Program-made: the position numbers and the translations under genes
Shown: in pieces, positions 19,996 through 28,986 of the stretch
How positions within the stretch are numbered: position 1 is the first letter of the stretch
Layout of the letters: every line of letters begins with the position of its first letter
The notes under the pieces: model-generated
The model's input: the letters and a program-made list of their open reading frames with translations, nothing else
Database searches by the model: none
Told to the model about the DNA's origin: nothing
Assembly: GCA_964610055.1 (NCBI GenBank)
Contig: CAZSUC010000001.1
Span: 70,021-134,020, forward strand
Direction: 5' to 3'
DNA length: 64,000 nt
Origin: an uncultured Candidatus Saccharibacteria bacterium
Lineage (GTDB): Bacteria > Patescibacteriota > Andersenbacteria > UBA10190

Positions 19996-21105
19996 TTAAG
20001 TCACCTGAATAGGCATCACAATATACGTGTGCACAATATCATCCTCAACTGGCTTAAATAACGTAGGACCATTATTACCCACTGAGCCTACTTTTATTTC
20101 ATTACCTGGTAAATGCTGAGCTCCTTCTAATAAGTATTGAATGTTAAATAACGCTTCCACATCCTCTCCCTCGCCACTAAAAGCAATTTCTGCGCGCCCT
20201 TCCCCTGTCTCGCTTCCAACAACCTGTAAAACCACTTTATCTCCTCCCGGTTGTATATTCATCTTAATCCTCTTCGTGTCACGCGGCAGAAAGACACTTA
20301 GCGTTTTAAGCGCCCTAGTTAATTCCTCCTTATTCACCTGTCCTTCCACTACAAATTTTGAAGGTATTATTTGTTTATAGTCAGGATATTTACCTTCAAC
20401 CAATCGCGAAGAAAACTCAATCCCAACTCCAACCACCGACACTAAACTATCTCCCGGAATAAACGTCACGTCTTTCTGATCAGAAAACAACCTAATAATC
20501 TCTTGAGCACTATTTAAAGGTAACAACACTCCTATGTCCCCTCTTTCATTACTAGACACCGTTACACCTTCCTCTACTAATCTAAAACTATCAGTTGCGG
20601 CCATTATCACTTTATCATTAGAAAAACTTAAAAATATGCTGTGAATTTCTGGTCTAACTTCATCTCGTGCTGCCGCAAAGACAGTTCTGTTTAACGCTTG
20701 GCAAAACTTATCCGCTGGTAAAGAAAAACCACCTTCTGTCGGTTTTTGTGGCAACATTGGAAAGTCATCTTCATTTCCTACGGTAAAAACAGCTTTATAT
20801 CCTTTAGTCACAACCCTCAACATCTTCTCTTGGCTTTCTAAGCGCAACGGTTCACTGCTCGGTAATTGCTGAACAAACTCTAAAAATTTACGAGCCGGAA
20901 CAGCCACAGTCCCCTCTTCTTCCACCTTTCCTGGAACAATTGTATAAACACCTACTTCTAGGTCTGTGCTAGTTAAATTCAATACACCATCTTGTAATCG
21001 TAGTAGTACATTATCTAAAACAGGTAATTGTCTGTTTCTTCCTGCAATAGGCGTAACCTTACTCAACCCTTTTACTAAATTATCTTGTGTACAAATAAAT
21101 TTCAT
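19996..21105 (-). CDS. dnaN: DNA polymerase III beta sliding clamp
   Basis: MKFICTQDNLVKGLSKV...VLDNVLL start; 369 aa; located between dnaA and recF. Confidence 0.9.
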   Translation of the reverse strand: MKFICTQDNLVKGLSKVTPIAGRNRQLPVLDNVLLRLQDGVLNLTSTDLEVGVYTIVPGKVEEEGTVAVPARKFLEFVQQLPSSEPLRLESQEKMLRVVTKGYKAVFTVGNEDDFPMLPQKPTEGGFSLPADKFCQALNRTVFAAARDEVRPEIHSIFLSFSNDKVIMAATDSFRLVEEGVTVSSNERGDIGVLLPLNSAQEIIRLFSDQKDVTFIPGDSLVSVVGVGIEFSSRLVEGKYPDYKQIIPSKFVVEGQVNKEELTRALKTLSVFLPRDTKRIKMNIQPGGDKVVLQVVGSETGEGRAEIAFSGEGEDVEALFNIQYLLEGAQHLPGNEIKVGSVGNNGPTLFKPVEDDIVHTYIVMPIQVT

Positions 21106-21360
21106 TATGGTTCGTAACTAATAAATATATGTTTGTATTAGTAGTTAATAGGCTTTTAAAAAACAGTGTAAATTCAAGTTTAATAGCTTAACAGACTAAT
21201 TTATTTTGTGAATATTATGTGTAATTTATCTGGATATTATCTGGAAAACTAATTTATTTTGTGAATATTTATGTGGATATTTTATCTTTTTAGAAACAGG
21301 TGGGGAAAAACAAGAAGTTATTATGATTTTATAAACACTTTTTCCTCTGTTTTTACAACC
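21106..21360. promoter_or_regulatory. AT-rich dnaA-dnaN intergenic region with DnaA-box-like 9-mers and a 22-bp direct repeat; candidate DNA-unwinding-element half of a bipartite oriC
   Basis: About 78% AT. TGTGAATAT occurs twice and TGTGGATAT once; each has one mismatch to the DnaA-box complement TGTGGATAA. Perfect direct repeat ACTAATTTATTTTGTGAATATT at 21196-21217 and 21248-21269. Confidence 0.55.
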
Positions 21361-22773
21361 CTATGCGTATAACTTTTCTTTTATAAAATTAATATCTTGA
21401 ACTAACTCTTCATCATGCTCTAATAACTTTTCTATTTTTTCACAAGCATGCATAGCGGTTGTGTGGTCTCTTCCTCCGAATAAATCACCTATAGTTGGAA
21501 AAGAAGCGTTATTCTCTTTTCTTAATAAATACATAGCAACTTGGCGCGGTCTTACGATTTCTTTTTTACGACATTTTCCTTGTAATTCATCTTGAGACAA
21601 GTTGAAGTATGTACTTACTGTCTGAACTACTTTATTAGAATCAACTGTCCTCTGCTGTGGTCGATCCATAATCTCACTTAAAATACTTTCCGTATAAGAC
21701 AAAGTAGCTGTTCTCTTATTTAACTCGCAATGAGCTATTACTCTGTTTAATGCCCCTTCTAGCTCACGAACGTTTTTTTGGATATTTTTAGCAATAAAAG
21801 CTAATGCCTCTTCTTCTATAGTTACATCGCTTTGAGCTGCTTTCTCTGAGAGGATAGCTAATCTTGTTTCGTAGTCTGGTTGTTTTATATCAACCAGCAT
21901 TCCTCCGCTTAATCTTGATCGAAGTCTCTCTTCTAGCGTTGGGATTAAACCTGGGGATCGGTCACTGCTTAAAACTATTTGTTTGTTAGAATTATATAAA
22001 GCGTTAAATGTGTGAAAAAGCTCTTCCTGTACTTTACTTTTTCCTGCCATAAACTGAACGTCATCTATCATTAGAAGGTCAACATTACGATAAGTGTCTT
22101 TAAATAACTGGGTGTTTTGCTCTCTGATTGACTGAACAAAGTCGTTTAAAAACTTTTCCGAAGAAACATATACTACTCGAGCAGTTGGTGAGCCTTGTAA
22201 AACCGTGTTTCCAATTGCATGCATGAGATGGGTTTTTCCTAAACCGACTCCTCCGTATATAAACAAAGGATTATAAGCTGTTCCTGGCTGGGACGAAACG
22301 GCTTTACAGGCTGCATGTGCTACCTCGTTATTTGGCCCAATTACAAAAGTGTCAAAAGTATATTTTGGATTAAGTGTTTGCGGTAGTGACTTGTTGTTAA
22401 ATTGCATCCCAGTTCTGATCGGAGCCATAACCGGAGCAGAATTATTGTTTTGAGTGATTACTGGCTCTTTTCTGTTCTTTTGTACCACTATTCTTGGGTT
22501 GGATTTTACTGGGCGGAAAGAAGTGTTTTCGGATTGAATAATAAACTTAACTACCTTAACTGATTTATCTAAACTACTTAATTCTTCTAATATTGGTTCT
22601 TTATACTTTCTTGATAACCATTCATGGGCAAAAGCTGACGGCGTTAAGACCGTTGCTACTCCATCTTTTATTTCTTTTATACTTGTTCCCCTAAACCAAG
22701 TTAAAAAATTACCTTGGCTCACTCGAAGCTCGAGTTGCCCTAATGCCGCTTTCCATAACTGCTCAGTATTCAT
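21361..22773 (-). CDS. dnaA: chromosomal replication initiator DnaA
   Basis: AAA+ GGVGLGKTHL, C-terminal DNA-binding domain. The probable start is the internal MNTEQLWKAAL (22773), because the track start at 22836 overlaps a consensus DnaA box. Confidence 0.9.
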   Translation of the reverse strand: MNTEQLWKAALGQLELRVSQGNFLTWFRGTSIKEIKDGVATVLTPSAFAHEWLSRKYKEPILEELSSLDKSVKVVKFIIQSENTSFRPVKSNPRIVVQKNRKEPVITQNNNSAPVMAPIRTGMQFNNKSLPQTLNPKYTFDTFVIGPNNEVAHAACKAVSSQPGTAYNPLFIYGGVGLGKTHLMHAIGNTVLQGSPTARVVYVSSEKFLNDFVQSIREQNTQLFKDTYRNVDLLMIDDVQFMAGKSKVQEELFHTFNALYNSNKQIVLSSDRSPGLIPTLEERLRSRLSGGMLVDIKQPDYETRLAILSEKAAQSDVTIEEEALAFIAKNIQKNVRELEGALNRVIAHCELNKRTATLSYTESILSEIMDRPQQRTVDSNKVVQTVSTYFNLSQDELQGKCRKKEIVRPRQVAMYLLRKENNASFPTIGDLFGGRDHTTAMHACEKIEKLLEHDEELVQDINFIKEKLYA

Positions 22774-22828
22774 TAGCTCTTCCCCCTTATCAAATCCTTT
22801 AAATAAAGTACTTAGAATATTAACACGG

Positions 22829-22887
22829 TTATCCACAGGTGTGTAGTTAACTTATCCCCTATTATCTGTGGATAATTTGGGGATAAG
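22829..22887. promoter_or_regulatory. cluster of four DnaA boxes upstream of dnaA (autoregulatory region / second half of oriC)
   Basis: TTATCCACA (22829-22837, perfect), CTTATCCCC (22851-22859), TGTGGATAA (22867-22875, perfect reverse) and GGGGATAAG (22879-22887). Together they form a quasi-palindrome. Confidence 0.7.
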
Positions 22888-22942
22888 TCTTATAAAAAGT
22901 GTAAAAGTTGACCAGTTAGCAAATAACAGGTAATCTATCTTT

Positions 22943-23080
22943 ATGCCAAAAAGAACATTTCAACCCAGTAAGCGTCGTCGCTCTCGCCGTCTTGGTTTCT
23001 TAAAGCGCGCTAAAGAGCACGCCAAGGTTATTAACCGTCGCCGTCAAAAAGGTCGGTCTCGCGTAACTCCTACTATTTAG
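22943..23080 (+). CDS. rpmH: 50S ribosomal protein L34
   Basis: Manual translation MPKRTFQPSKRRRSRRLGFLKRAKEHAKVINRRRQKGRSRVTPTI; below the ORF-track size cut-off. Confidence 0.9.
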   Translation: MPKRTFQPSKRRRSRRLGFLKRAKEHAKVINRRRQKGRSRVTPTI

Positions 23081-23089
23081 CTCTGTATT

Positions 23090-23434
23090 ATGCTGCCGGC
23101 TTCACATCGCCTTCGCAGCGCCCAAGAAATTAAACAAGCGCTTGCAACTGGAAAATGGTACCGGAATTCTTTTGTGCAAATCTGCTTTGCTTCAGATTCG
23201 TCATCTGAGCTTAAAATAGCCTGCGTTGTGGGAAAAAAAGTTTCATTATCAGCGGTGAAGAGGCACCGTTATCAGCGTTGGCTCCGTATCGCCGCTTTAA
23301 CCGAAATTGTGCAGTCTCCTCGTACTTTTAATGGCCGCATAGTGCTTATTGCTAATCCTGATATTGTAAAACTTGATTTATCAAGTATCTCTAAGCAAAT
23401 AAATTTGCTCTTAAAATCTATTTCTGATGTTTAA
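23090..23434 (+). CDS. rnpA: RNase P protein component
   Basis: 114 aa, basic; position after rpmH; RnpA-like sequence. Confidence 0.8.
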   Translation: MLPASHRLRSAQEIKQALATGKWYRNSFVQICFASDSSSELKIACVVGKKVSLSAVKRHRYQRWLRIAALTEIVQSPRTFNGRIVLIANPDIVKLDLSSISKQINLLLKSISDV

Positions 23435-23669
23435 TTGGATTTTACGTTTAATCATTTGTTCTTTAAGAGCTTATCGGTTGACTTTTTCTCCGGATCATGG
23501 GCTATTTAAAAAAATCTATCCTTATGGCGTGTGTCGTTTCACTCCCACTTGCTCGGTGTATACTGAACAGGCGCTAATAAAACATCAATGGCGCGGCCTT
23601 TTTTTAGGTCTTAAACGAATTTTAAGATGCAACCCTTTTGTTAGGGGTGGATATGATCCTGTTCCATAA
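23427..23669 (+). CDS. yidD: membrane protein insertion efficiency factor YidD
   Basis: [19 protein letters not shown]-like motif and RCNPF; 80 aa. Confidence 0.85.
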   Translation: MFNWILRLIICSLRAYRLTFSPDHGLFKKIYPYGVCRFTPTCSVYTEQALIKHQWRGLFLGLKRILRCNPFVRGGYDPVP

Positions 23670-23708
23670 TCAGTTTTATTTACTTTTTTCTCGTGTATAT
23701 TAAAAGCA

Positions 23709-24461
23709 ATGAACTTATTCTCTTTTGTTTACAATACTTTTCTTTTTGAGCCGCTTTTTAATTTATTAGTTGGTGTTACTAACGTTTTGCCTGGTCATTA
23801 TATTGGCGTCTCAATTATTTTTGTAACTCTGTTTGTGCGTATTATCCTGTTGCCGTCTTCCCTGCACCAAGCCCGGCAAATGCAAAACAACCAAAATAAA
23901 ATGGGAGATCTGCAGCACAAGTTGAAGGATATTCAAAAAATGTATCAAGACGACAAAGCTAAACAAGCCGAGGCTACAATGGCTCTTTATCGAGAGTCAG
24001 GAGTTAACCCGGCTAGCGGTTGTTTGCCCCTCTTAATTCAGCTCCCTATCCTTATCGCTTTGTACCGCGTGTTTTTAGTTGGCATCGGTCCAGAAACATA
24101 TCATTTTTTATACGGATTTGTTGCTCACCCAGAATCTGTCCAAACTGTCTTTTTTGGAGCTTCCTTAATCGAACCCAATATTGTTTTAGGTGTTATTGCT
24201 GGTTTTTTCCAATTCTTGTTAATGAAATTTTTCTCCGGCACAAGCTCTGCTGCACCTGGCTCAAACGAAGAAACTGCTCAAATGATGGCTTCTATGCAAA
24301 AAAATATGGCCTATATGTTTCCTGTTATGACGGTATTTATCGCTCTACAAGTTCCTTCTGCTCTTGCCTTATACTGGATAGCATCCACTATTTTTGGAAT
24401 TATTCAGCAGTATTATTTCAAACGCGTCTTACATCTATCTTCTAACACTCCTACTATATGA
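23709..24461 (+). CDS. yidC: membrane protein insertase YidC (short Oxa1-like form)
   Basis: 250 aa polytopic protein with conserved LPLLIQLPILIALY region; synteny rnpA-yidD-yidC-jag. Confidence 0.8.
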   Translation: MNLFSFVYNTFLFEPLFNLLVGVTNVLPGHYIGVSIIFVTLFVRIILLPSSLHQARQMQNNQNKMGDLQHKLKDIQKMYQDDKAKQAEATMALYRESGVNPASGCLPLLIQLPILIALYRVFLVGIGPETYHFLYGFVAHPESVQTVFFGASLIEPNIVLGVIAGFFQFLLMKFFSGTSSAAPGSNEETAQMMASMQKNMAYMFPVMTVFIALQVPSALALYWIASTIFGIIQQYYFKRVLHLSSNTPTI

Positions 24462-24970
24462 GCGAAAATTTCACCTCCGAATCTCTTAGTTTAATTGAAG
24501 AACATGTTCGTCGATTTATGGACAGCATGGGTTTTGAAGAAGCGGTGGTTAACTGTCATCACAACACTGAGTCAGGATCAGGGCTTGATGAGAATAATAT
24601 TGTTTCTCGCTTAATAATAGCTATTGATGCTGGTGATGAGGGGCGGCTTTTAATTGGTAGTCATGGGCAACACTTGTCCGCTCTTCAGCATGTTTTACGC
24701 TCAATTCTTAAGCGACATTTATCTTCCGGTGTCATCGTAAGTATTGATGTTAATAATTATCGTGTTCGTCGCGAGCGGTCATTAGTTAGTTTGGCCGAAA
24801 GTTCTGCTCGTCGCGCTCAAGATCAAGGGCGTACAGTTGTGTTAGATCCAATGAACGCTTTTGATCGTCGCGCGGTCCATTCTGCCTTGTCTTCCTGGGA
24901 TGGTATTAAGACTGAAAGTATTGGCGAGGAGCCAAATCGCCGAGTCGTAATTCGACCTAGTCTTTTATAG
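24458..24970 (+). CDS. jag: Jag/KhpB RNA-binding protein (KH + R3H)
   Basis: C-terminal R3H-like VVLDPMNAFDRRAVHSAL; position after yidC. Confidence 0.75.
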   Translation: MSENFTSESLSLIEEHVRRFMDSMGFEEAVVNCHHNTESGSGLDENNIVSRLIIAIDAGDEGRLLIGSHGQHLSALQHVLRSILKRHLSSGVIVSIDVNNYRVRRERSLVSLAESSARRAQDQGRTVVLDPMNAFDRRAVHSALSSWDGIKTESIGEEPNRRVVIRPSLL

Positions 24971-24975
24971 GTTTA

Positions 24976-26391
24976 GTGTCGTCTGTTTTTACCAATACTT
25001 TTATTGCGTCTTTTGGTCGGGTTCTCAACACCGGTTTAGGAATTATTACAGTCGCTTTAATTACGCGCCAGCTCGGACCATCTAATTATGGCGCTTTTAT
25101 TTTGCTTCTCTCTTTCGGAACAATCGTCCAACTTATCTCGGATGCTGGTTTGTATTTAACTTTTACCAAAGAAGTTGCTCAGTCGCCCGCACCTATTCAT
25201 TTATTGTCAGAAGTTATTAGTTTACGTTTATTTCTGTTGCTTTTAGCTTTTATTAGTGGCGCTCTCTTGTTTCCTTTTATTCCTTCTTTGCACGGATGGT
25301 TTAAAGCTTATTTATTAATTGCCCTCGGTTTAATTTTTCAATCCCTTAGTCAATTATTAGTTGGTGTTTTTCAGTATCAAAGCGAAATCTGGCGAGCTAC
25401 TCTCGGTGATTTATTTGGTCGTGTCGTTCAAATTCTGTTATTGATTGGTTTGTGGACATTTTCCTCGAGTGTTGTGAGTATTGCTTTAATTTTTGCTGTC
25501 AGTACCGCTTTTACTCTCTTGCTTCATCAAATACTGCTTCCTCGCCCATTTCTTTTTTCTTTGCGAATTAATTTAACTTCTTGGCGACGGTTATTAAAAG
25601 TATCTTGGCCGTTAGGGCTGATGCTGTTTTTAAACGCCATCTATTTTCGAGTGGATACTCTTATCCTTTCTTTTTTTCGAGACGCTGCCGAGGTTGGTCG
25701 TTATGGAGTAGCTTACCGTGTTATTGAGAGCAGTTTATTCTTTCCGGCTATGTTAGGGGGGTTACTGCTGCCTCATATTAGCGCCGCTCTTTCTCGTCAC
25801 GATCTTTCAACGGCCTCTCGGTATCTTAGTGAAGGTTTACGATTAATTTTAGCGGTTATTATACCTCTGCTCGTTATTTTAATATTTTTAGGACGGCCAG
25901 TTATCTATCTGGTGTCAGGGACTCAGTTTTTAAGCTCTGCGCCAATCTTAGCCACACTATCATTTGCTTTGTTGATTATGTATTTTGGCAATCTGTTTGG
26001 TTTTGTTTTGGTTGCTCTTAATAAACAAAAAACCTTGTTAAAATTATCTGCCTTTTTAGTTATTTTTAATCTCTGCCTTAATTTAATTTTTATTCCTCTT
26101 GGCGGTGCCTTAGCAGCCGCCTGGACTACGGTGTTTACAGAGTTAATTTCAGCTGGAACTGCTGGTATTCTGGTTTTTCGTGCTTTCCCTTTTTATCTGC
26201 CTCTAAGGTTCTGTGCCCGAGTTCTTTTAGTTGGTTTGATTGGCCTGTGTTCAGTCTGTCTTTCCTCGTTTTTGTCGGGGTTAGAGCAAGTTATTTTAGT
26301 TGGACTTATTTTAGTGGTTGCTACTCTGATCTTTCGTGTCGTCTCCAAAAAAGAACTTTCCCTTTTACGCACAATCCGCACCTATGCCTAG
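24976..26391 (+). CDS. polysaccharide biosynthesis protein, MOP/Wzx-like oligosaccharide flippase
   Basis: 471 aa with about 12-14 TM helices; N-terminal GRVLNTGLGIITVALITRQLGPSNYGAF is typical of Wzx/PST-family proteins. Confidence 0.65.
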   Translation: MSSVFTNTFIASFGRVLNTGLGIITVALITRQLGPSNYGAFILLLSFGTIVQLISDAGLYLTFTKEVAQSPAPIHLLSEVISLRLFLLLLAFISGALLFPFIPSLHGWFKAYLLIALGLIFQSLSQLLVGVFQYQSEIWRATLGDLFGRVVQILLLIGLWTFSSSVVSIALIFAVSTAFTLLLHQILLPRPFLFSLRINLTSWRRLLKVSWPLGLMLFLNAIYFRVDTLILSFFRDAAEVGRYGVAYRVIESSLFFPAMLGGLLLPHISAALSRHDLSTASRYLSEGLRLILAVIIPLLVILIFLGRPVIYLVSGTQFLSSAPILATLSFALLIMYFGNLFGFVLVALNKQKTLLKLSAFLVIFNLCLNLIFIPLGGALAAAWTTVFTELISAGTAGILVFRAFPFYLPLRFCARVLLVGLIGLCSVCLSSFLSGLEQVILVGLILVVATLIFRVVSKKELSLLRTIRTYA

Positions 26392-27316
26392 TTGTGACGT
26401 TATTATTCCGACTTACAATTCTGAAGCTACGATTAAGCCAACCTTGTCTGCTCTTTTAGCTCAAAAATATCCTAGTAACTGGAAAATTAAAATAATCATC
26501 AGCGATGATGGCTCTCGTGATCAAACCGTTGATTTGGCCCAAAAAATTCTGTCTAGTTATAAACTTTCTTCCTTTTCTATTATTTCTCATTCTCACGTCG
26601 GAGCTGCCGCCGCTCGTAATCGTGCCCTAAAATCATCCTGTTCCGATCTAGTTTTTTTTCTTGGGGCTGATATTATTCTTCGTCCATATGCACTTGCGGA
26701 GCACTTTACTTACCACCAGCAATATTCTCAAAACAACTACGCCGCTCTTGGTGTGGTTGTTTGGGATCCCCTGATCAAACCTTCTCCTTTTATGGAATGG
26801 CTTGTACATGGTGGTCCTCAGAATGATTTTGATTCTATCATGCATTCAAATTTTGCCGATCCCTCTCGTTATTTTTATGGGTCTCACTTGTCTCTCAAAC
26901 GCTCTTTTCTTGAGTCCAGTTTTTTTAGCGAACAATTTCATGGCTATGGCTGGGAGGATTTAGAGCTAGGAAGTCGCTTGGCGGATCAAGGACTGCGCTT
27001 GAAAGTTTTGTCTCAAGCTATCGGTCATCACCGCCATCTCAATTCTTTAAGCGCGGTTTTTCGTCGTCAAAAAACAATTGGTTATAATCTATATCTTTGG
27101 CACAAGCAACGTCCTGACTTAGGGCTTATTCCTTCCTCCTCTTTCGTTAAGAGGCTTAAACGCAGACTTTTTTATTGGTCTGGTGCTCGTTTCTGTCTCT
27201 ATATTCTTTTACAATGTACTTATCGCTATTTCTCTACTCCAAAATTATTCGCCATTATAACGGCCTCTGCTTTTTGGGATGGTATAAAAAAAGCTGAAAA
27301 TAGCCAAAAAGTCTAA
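26384..27316 (+). CDS. family 2 glycosyltransferase
   Basis: CDVIIPTYNSE...ISDDGSRD (GT-A fold DxD region); start taken at the internal MPSCDV. Confidence 0.75.
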   Translation: MPSCDVIIPTYNSEATIKPTLSALLAQKYPSNWKIKIIISDDGSRDQTVDLAQKILSSYKLSSFSIISHSHVGAAAARNRALKSSCSDLVFFLGADIILRPYALAEHFTYHQQYSQNNYAALGVVVWDPLIKPSPFMEWLVHGGPQNDFDSIMHSNFADPSRYFYGSHLSLKRSFLESSFFSEQFHGYGWEDLELGSRLADQGLRLKVLSQAIGHHRHLNSLSAVFRRQKTIGYNLYLWHKQRPDLGLIPSSSFVKRLKRRLFYWSGARFCLYILLQCTYRYFSTPKLFAIITASAFWDGIKKAENSQKV

Positions 27317-27370
27317 ATTTCCACCTAGTTATCCACTATTACCCTGTATTTTCCACATACTTATTCACAC

Positions 27371-28231
27371 ATGATTCCACAAACTAGAAAATTTTTTGTA
27401 ATACTTGTCCATTACGGATCTCCTGATGCTACCAATTTGGCTATAAATTCACTTCTTTCTGGTACTTTGGTTCCTCGTCACATTCTTGTGGTCGATCATG
27501 GTGATAGTCCTTTCTCTCTACATTGGAACCCTAGACAAGTTACCGTTGTTCGTCCTCATTCAAACTCTGGCTATGCTGCTGGATGTAACCTTGGCTTAGG
27601 TTGGCTTGGTCAGCAAGGTGTCTCGCCTCGTGATATTATCGTTTGTGCGAATAATGATTTAATTTTTTCCACCTCTACTCTGGCTGTCATGTCTGATTGG
27701 TGGCATGCCACATCGTGTGCTGATGCCTTAGCCTCTCCTGTTATTATTGAACCCTCTGGTCGGGTCTCTCAAATTTCCTCGGTTAATTGTTTAACTGGCC
27801 GCGCTCTTCCATATTGCGCTTATTCAAAATTTAATTTTCTTTTTAATTTTCCATATTTACATGGCGCTTGTTTATCTGCTCCTTATTCAGTCTGGATGAG
27901 TCTTGGCGGCTGGCCCGTTGGATTTGATATGTACTGGGAAGATGTTTTTTTAAGCCGTTTTGCTTCTCTTCACAATATTAAATTAAGCATTATTACTAAA
28001 ACTAAAGTAACTCATTCTACTTCCCCTGCGCGTAAACCGTCTGCTAAGCAGTCTTATTATTTGGTTCGTAATGGAGCCTGGGTTATGTCGCATATTTCTC
28101 CTTGGTACTGGCGCCGGTGGTGGCGTCTTTGGAATTATTCGCGTTATCTTTGGCATCTGGCTTTACGGCACGACCAAATTTATCGTCCGTTAGCTGAATC
28201 TTTCTCTTTTACTCCTTATGCGCGTACATGA
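27371..28231 (+). CDS. family 2 glycosyltransferase-like protein
   Basis: FFVILVHYGSPDATNLAINSL...VVDHGDSP; GT2/rhamnosyltransferase-like N-terminus. Confidence 0.55.
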   Translation: MIPQTRKFFVILVHYGSPDATNLAINSLLSGTLVPRHILVVDHGDSPFSLHWNPRQVTVVRPHSNSGYAAGCNLGLGWLGQQGVSPRDIIVCANNDLIFSTSTLAVMSDWWHATSCADALASPVIIEPSGRVSQISSVNCLTGRALPYCAYSKFNFLFNFPYLHGACLSAPYSVWMSLGGWPVGFDMYWEDVFLSRFASLHNIKLSIITKTKVTHSTSPARKPSAKQSYYLVRNGAWVMSHISPWYWRRWWRLWNYSRYLWHLALRHDQIYRPLAESFSFTPYART

Positions 28232-28986
28232 TTATGGCATCTATTGGAGCCGTTGTTGTTACATATAATTCCCAGGCACACATCGTAAAGACTATCCATA
28301 GTTTATGGGGTAATGGTGTGAGCGATATCTTTGTTATTGATAACAACTCTAGTGATTCAACCGTTAAAATCCTCAACCGTCTTGGTGTGTCCTGTATTAG
28401 AAATCCTGGTAATTATGGGTTTGGGTTATCATCTAATTTTGGGTCTTTTTACGCAAATAATCCTTATTTACTTTTTTTAAATCCAGATGCTCGCTTAGAT
28501 TCATTCGCCTTGTCTCGAGCTTTAAACCATCTTACTGCTAATGACAGCTGCGCCGGGGTTGGTTTAACTTTACGTAATCACAAAGGGCAACCTGAGCCGT
28601 TTAGTTTCGGCTCTCCTGTTAATCCTGCCACTTTTATCTTTCGTCGATTGCCTTTTAAAAAAATCGGCTGGGTTTCAGCGGGCGCGTTATTGATTCGTCG
28701 CTCAGTTTTTTGTGATATTACGGGTTTTGACCCTCGTTTCTTTTTGTATTGGGAAGATGTTGATCTAGGTACTCGCCTACTTAATCATGGCTGGTCTTTA
28801 AGTCGAGCTGATAATGCTTCGGTGTCACATATTCGGGGCGCTAGTTTTGTTGACAATCAATCAAAAACCTTGTTTTACGATATTAGCGCTGACAAATACT
28901 TCCGAAAACACTATGCTGCACCGATATGGCTTCTTTATCGATGGCTTCGTCGTTTTTACCGCTACTCCTCCTCGCAGGCGCGTTAA
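28228..28986 (+). CDS. family 2 glycosyltransferase
   Basis: AVVVTYNSQAHIVKTIHSL...FVIDNNSSDSTVKIL and a later WEDVD motif. Confidence 0.7.
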   Translation: MIMASIGAVVVTYNSQAHIVKTIHSLWGNGVSDIFVIDNNSSDSTVKILNRLGVSCIRNPGNYGFGLSSNFGSFYANNPYLLFLNPDARLDSFALSRALNHLTANDSCAGVGLTLRNHKGQPEPFSFGSPVNPATFIFRRLPFKKIGWVSAGALLIRRSVFCDITGFDPRFFLYWEDVDLGTRLLNHGWSLSRADNASVSHIRGASFVDNQSKTLFYDISADKYFRKHYAAPIWLLYRWLRRFYRYSSSQAR

